In this document: piece by piece, positions 63,101 through 64,000 of the stretch
Position numbering within the stretch: the stretch's first letter is position 1
How the letters are laid out: each line of letters starts with the position of its first letter
Assembly: GCF_963676685.1 (NCBI RefSeq)
Contig: NC_092346.1
Coordinates: forward strand, 106,268,001 to 106,332,000
Length of the DNA stretch: 64,000 bases
Direction: 5' to 3'
Source of the DNA: Mytilus edulis
Lineage: Eukaryota
Translations under genes and position numbers: made by a program
The notes under the pieces: generated by a model
What the model was told of the DNA's origin: nothing
Databases searched by the model: none
Seen by the model: only the letters and a program-made list of their open reading frames with translations

Positions 63101-63803
63101 GAAATATCTGAATAAGTTACTTCAACTTCAATGCCTTCAATATTAATATTTTTATAGTAGGGTGAACAGACTATGGGCGAACGAACTCAGAGCGAACGGA
63201 CCTAGGGCGAACATGTTATTAGGGCGAACGGTCCCGATACCCATGTTGTACACCATTGTAAAGATAAAATCAATTTAGATTTATGATATAACAAGTTTAA
63301 GTGGGATTGACAGCCTAGAAAGCGGCATATAACGGAATTTCGTCACCACCTGACATTTTTCTAAAATGCAAGTTAAGTACCTTGTGTTATATTAAGGTAT
63401 ACAAGAATATTTTTTCTGAGACAAGTGCCTGTGCTTTGAGGCCCATAATTGGAAATAAATTATCTTCTTCTTCGTGTAACACTACTGTTACAATACCAAA
63501 TGATGAGATAATGTACCCATGACGTTTGTGACTTGTCCTCGCATCATTTTGTCTTATAAGTTATACTTTAAAATAATTTAGCGCCAAATATTAATCATTA
63601 AGGTAAATCTGTGTACCACGTGTGGATGTGGGTATATCGTATCTAAACGATTAATGTGGTATATAATAAATAAGACATCAAGAATAAGGTAGAAACAAAG
63701 CACTTTGAAATATCTGATCTACCTCATTTTGCGTTCTTGAATCGTTATCATCACTCATTAATCCCTGCAAAAGGGCTTCGAAACGTGCTTGTTCGTCAGC
63801 CAT
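24049..63803 (-). CDS. IPO5: Importin-5 / karyopherin beta-3, complete 26-exon gene (1093 aa)
   Basis: Manual splicing of 26 GT-AG exons gives 3282 nt in a continuous frame from [12 protein letters not shown] to HQALSS*. Recognisable IPO5 motifs include [72 protein letters not shown] and [14 protein letters not shown]. Confidence 0.95.
24449..26003 (-). repeat. 50-bp minisatellite, about 31 copies: last 45 nt of IPO5 exon 25 + gtgag donor
   Basis: Unit tccaatgtttacacaagaatgcttaatatagtcagacaagtagag|gtgag. Confidence 0.97.
25956..26097 (-). CDS. IPO5: IPO5 exon 25 ([17 protein letters not shown]...NIVRQVE)
   Basis: ttttag acceptor; first GAG|gtgagt donor of the array; 142 nt. Confidence 0.92.
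26584..26812 (-). CDS. IPO5: IPO5 exon 24 ([10 protein letters not shown]...[11 protein letters not shown]...YLCDLIE)
   Basis: ttgtag acceptor; gtaagt donor; 229 nt. Confidence 0.94.
26944..27765 (+). mobile_element. Non-autonomous TIR transposon (hAT-like CAGGG ends)
   Basis: TIR caggggaaaaaattaac / gttaattttgacccctg; 5-bp TSD catat; sits inside a short tandem repeat. Confidence 0.8.
28715..28859 (-). CDS. IPO5: IPO5 exon 23 (HSVKYTQYF...[18 protein letters not shown]...TCA)
   Basis: tgccag acceptor; G|gtaaaa donor; 145 nt. Confidence 0.93.
28912..29150. mobile_element. MITE
   Basis: TIR aggccaaataaaaatatatgtgtggtt / aaccacacatacttttttatttggcct. Confidence 0.75.
30188..30262 (-). CDS. IPO5: IPO5 exon 22 ([25 protein letters not shown])
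   Basis: ttttag acceptor; gtaagt donor; 75 nt. Confidence 0.93.
31657..31779 (-). CDS. IPO5: IPO5 exon 21 ([19 protein letters not shown]...FFVKLI)
   Basis: ttccag acceptor; gtaagt donor; 123 nt. Confidence 0.93.
32655..34045. repeat. ~66-70 bp diverged tandem repeat interrupted by the Penelope-like element
   Basis: Unit aataaataggtcaagaatactggaatgatatacaatatccaatgattactagctgttcttttgtact on both sides of the insertion. Confidence 0.8.
32861..33685 (-). mobile_element. 5'-truncated Penelope-like retroelement (RT C-terminus + 3' region)
   Basis: ORF 33146..33685 with [17 protein letters not shown] and [10 protein letters not shown] motifs. Confidence 0.85.
34902..35250 (+). mobile_element. 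Degenerate LINE ORF2 C-terminal fragment
   Basis: LQTR...KLVFMYK..GLI.AI and IPPSKT resemble 3' ends of mollusc LINE ORF2 (from memory, not searched). Confidence 0.45.
35265..35772. mobile_element. Foldback MITE with subterminal (g)tcaaatcggcac repeats and an internal ~100-bp hairpin
   Basis: Left aatcggcac repeats are inverted relative to right gtgccgatt repeats; cacaggcacttg...caagtgcctgtg hairpin at about 35449-35539. Confidence 0.65.
36660..36915. mobile_element. Foldback/palindromic MITE
   Basis: tatctttggttagcttgc...gctgaaccgtgaagtcattgttag inverted at the right end, with one arm segment duplicated. Confidence 0.7.
37011..37267. repeat. 43-bp minisatellite, 6 copies, about 25 nt inside IPO5 intron 20
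   Basis: Unit gacttgacacctgacagtgatcagggatagaacactgatctaa. Confidence 0.92.
37294..37349 (-). CDS. IPO5: IPO5 exon 20 ([18 protein letters not shown])
   Basis: tttcag acceptor; GAG|gtaact donor; 56 nt. Confidence 0.92.
37561..37672 (-). CDS. IPO5: IPO5 exon 19 ([12 protein letters not shown]...KKQEERH)
   Basis: tttcag acceptor; gtgagc donor; 112 nt. Confidence 0.92.
37849..39270 (+). mobile_element. Two tandem Helentron/HINE-like (Pearl-type) elements with 169-bp satellite cores
   Basis: Each starts aacaagaatgtgtcc, carries ~169-bp repeats and a (ggac/gaac)n microsatellite, and ends in an atgcccc...ggggcat hairpin (partly deleted in the first) plus an A run. Confidence 0.8.
39999..40171 (-). 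CDS. IPO5: IPO5 exon 18 ([20 protein letters not shown]...HLYALSK)
   Basis: U12-type acceptor; AAG|gtaaga donor; 173 nt. Confidence 0.92.
40172..40698 (-). other. U12-type (minor spliceosome) GT-AG intron 17 of IPO5
   Basis: 5' splice site GTATCCTTT; branch-point-like TTCTTTAAC about 10 nt upstream of AG (ttctttaaccttgaaaaag); no polypyrimidine tract; splicing keeps the frame [14 protein letters not shown]. Confidence 0.88.
40699..40855 (-). CDS. IPO5: IPO5 exon 17 ([13 protein letters not shown]...LLKFYFED)
   Basis: ttacag acceptor; donor G|gtatccttt (U12 type); 157 nt. Confidence 0.94.
41280..41486 (-). repeat. 52-bp repeat x4: IPO5 exon 16 end + donor
   Basis: Identical units with donors at 41436, 41384, 41332 and 41280. 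Confidence 0.95.
41438..41499 (-). CDS. IPO5: IPO5 exon 16 ([20 protein letters not shown])
   Basis: tttcag acceptor; CAG|gtaaga donor; 62 nt. Confidence 0.92.
42123..42255 (-). CDS. IPO5: IPO5 exon 15 ([24 protein letters not shown]...VALLD)
   Basis: tttcag acceptor; gtaagt donor; 133 nt. Confidence 0.95.
42961..43668. repeat. 39-bp minisatellite, about 18 copies, expanded inside a dispersed element
   Basis: Unit aataatcagagaaatggtcagatactatctagcaacata; monomeric form with the same flanks at about 40395-40590. Confidence 0.93.
43939..44322. repeat. 43-bp minisatellite, about 9 copies, inside a SINE-like element
   Basis: Unit tgtctgtaccaagtctggatatgaccattgttttccatgtgga. Confidence 0.93.
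44346..44870. repeat. ~47-bp minisatellite, about 11 copies, probably inside the same SINE-like element
   Basis: Unit ttttgctatttgataagagactttccaatttccctccgagttgggta. Confidence 0.93.
44893..44976 (-). CDS. IPO5: IPO5 exon 14 ([28 protein letters not shown])
   Basis: ttccag acceptor; CAG|gtattc donor; 84 nt. Confidence 0.93.
45703..45853. mobile_element. 151-bp MITE with CAGGG...CCCTG ends
   Basis: Flanks ccaga/ccagg; empty site visible in the paralogous copy at about 45210-45230. Confidence 0.75.
46724..46942 (-). CDS. IPO5: IPO5 exon 13 ([15 protein letters not shown]...GLAVGKEK)
   Basis: ccatag acceptor; AAG|gtatgt donor; 219 nt. Confidence 0.95.
47711..47884 (-). CDS. IPO5: IPO5 exon 12 ([28 protein letters not shown]...SKFKE)
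   Basis: ttacag acceptor; GAG|gtaaga donor; 174 nt. Confidence 0.94.
48775..48864 (-). CDS. IPO5: IPO5 exon 11 ([30 protein letters not shown])
   Basis: ttgcag acceptor; gtaaga donor; 90 nt. Confidence 0.94.
48946..50322. mobile_element. Non-autonomous TIR element with TTAA flanks (piggyBac/Kolobok-like)
   Basis: ttaa|ctcatggaagtaatatttagaaggaataaca ... tgttattccttccaatattacttccatgg|ttaa. Confidence 0.75.
50544..50668 (-). CDS. IPO5: IPO5 exon 10 ([23 protein letters not shown]...FLKDP)
   Basis: ttgacag acceptor; gtaagt donor; 125 nt. Confidence 0.94.
50783..51025 (-). repeat. 48-bp repeat: IPO5 exon 9 end + donor (about 4 intronic copies)
   Basis: ORF track shows [16 protein letters not shown] repeats matching the exon end. 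Confidence 0.9.
50987..51093 (-). CDS. IPO5: IPO5 exon 9 ([35 protein letters not shown])
   Basis: ttatag acceptor; G|gtaagt donor; 107 nt. Confidence 0.93.
51502..51589 (-). CDS. IPO5: IPO5 exon 8 ([28 protein letters not shown]; acidic loop)
   Basis: ttacag acceptor; AG|gtaagt donor; 88 nt. Confidence 0.93.
52230..52350 (-). CDS. IPO5: IPO5 exon 7 ([32 protein letters not shown])
   Basis: cacag acceptor; gtaaat donor; 121 nt. Confidence 0.93.
52478..53171. repeat. 34-bp minisatellite, about 20 copies
   Basis: Unit gagacggttacttagtgtcagtggttatagtttt; not exon-derived. Confidence 0.95.
53819..53941 (-). CDS. IPO5: IPO5 exon 6 ([22 protein letters not shown]...PFCLK)
   Basis: Overlaps ORF 53756..53938; tttcag acceptor; AAG|gtaatt donor; 123 nt. 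Confidence 0.93.
54417..54618 (-). CDS. IPO5: IPO5 exon 5 ([13 protein letters not shown]...DLLPPMIQ)
   Basis: ttacag acceptor; CAG|gtcagt donor; 202 nt. Confidence 0.92.
55413..55515 (-). CDS. IPO5: IPO5 exon 4 ([15 protein letters not shown]...ESALHIF)
   Basis: ttgtag acceptor; gtaagt donor; 103 nt. Confidence 0.93.
56401..57262 (+). mobile_element. Element carrying 161-bp satellite monomers (HINE-like), right end truncated
   Basis: aagaaccataactcctgaacgg recurs at 56629, 56790, 56951 and 57112. Confidence 0.75.
57263..57563 (-). repeat. ~84-bp repeat: IPO5 exon 3 end + donor (3 intronic copies)
   Basis: cttaccaatcatatttctcgccaattctgctgttgcatcacacacc repeated. Confidence 0.92.
57500..57692 (-). 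CDS. IPO5: IPO5 exon 3 ([12 protein letters not shown]...[16 protein letters not shown])
   Basis: ttacag acceptor; G|gtaagt donor; 193 nt. Confidence 0.93.
57721..58185 (+). mobile_element. HINE-like element of the 169-bp satellite family
   Basis: Same architecture as 37849-39270. Confidence 0.8.
58462..58542 (-). CDS. IPO5: IPO5 exon 2 ([27 protein letters not shown])
   Basis: ttttgtag acceptor; GAG|gtgagt donor; 81 nt. Confidence 0.88.
61980..62200 (+). mobile_element. hAT transposase C-terminal dimerisation-domain remnant
   Basis: [29 protein letters not shown]. Confidence 0.7.
62540..63241. mobile_element. Mutator-like MITE
   Basis: 9-bp TSD catgttgta (62531-62539 / 63242-63250); inverted gttcgccc / gggcgaac subterminal repeats. 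Confidence 0.8.
63723..63803 (-). CDS. IPO5: IPO5 exon 1 ([27 protein letters not shown])
   Basis: aaacATGGCT start; GAG|gtagat donor; 81 nt, phase 0. Confidence 0.88.
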
Positions 63804-64000
63804 GTTTGGTGTCAGATAGTAAACTTCACCTTTAACCTTCACATCCCGCCATAATTACCTCCCTTGGCAAAAGGAGCCGTTATTTTATCGAATGGCCTTA
63901 TCATATTTATTCAAACAGTAACTATCTGCCATTTGAGGCCAATTCCGACGAAATGAATTGTTAACAGTGGCGAAAAAAAGATCAGCCCTTTGCTCCTTTT

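Overview
AT-rich, repeat-dense metazoan genomic DNA. The repeat families suggest a bivalve, probably a Mytilus-type mussel (inference). It holds two minus-strand spliced genes. (1) A complete importin-5 (IPO5/karyopherin beta-3) gene, reconstructed by hand as 26 coding exons from ATG 63803 to TAA 24049 (3282 nt, 1093 aa, all phases consistent), with one U12-type (minor spliceosome) intron and a probable 3.3 kb 3'UTR. (2) The 5' part of an SLC23 nucleobase/ascorbate transporter gene, with three coding exons and two tentative UTR exons; it continues off the left edge. The introns contain a young L1/Tx1-clade LINE with intact ORF2 and a 13-bp TSD, Penelope-like RT fragments, hammerhead-ribozyme (retrozyme-like) elements, several MITEs, Helentron-like satellite-carrying elements and many minisatellites. 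The most striking pattern is that about 11 tandem duplications or arrays are built from the host genes' own RNA-processing boundaries: exon end plus 5' splice site, 3' splice site plus exon start, the sequence just after the stop codon, and the putative poly(A) site. The copies lie on the non-coding side, so the reading frame survives while up to about 30 decoy splice sites accumulate. Coordinates were counted manually, and repeat or element boundaries are approximate.
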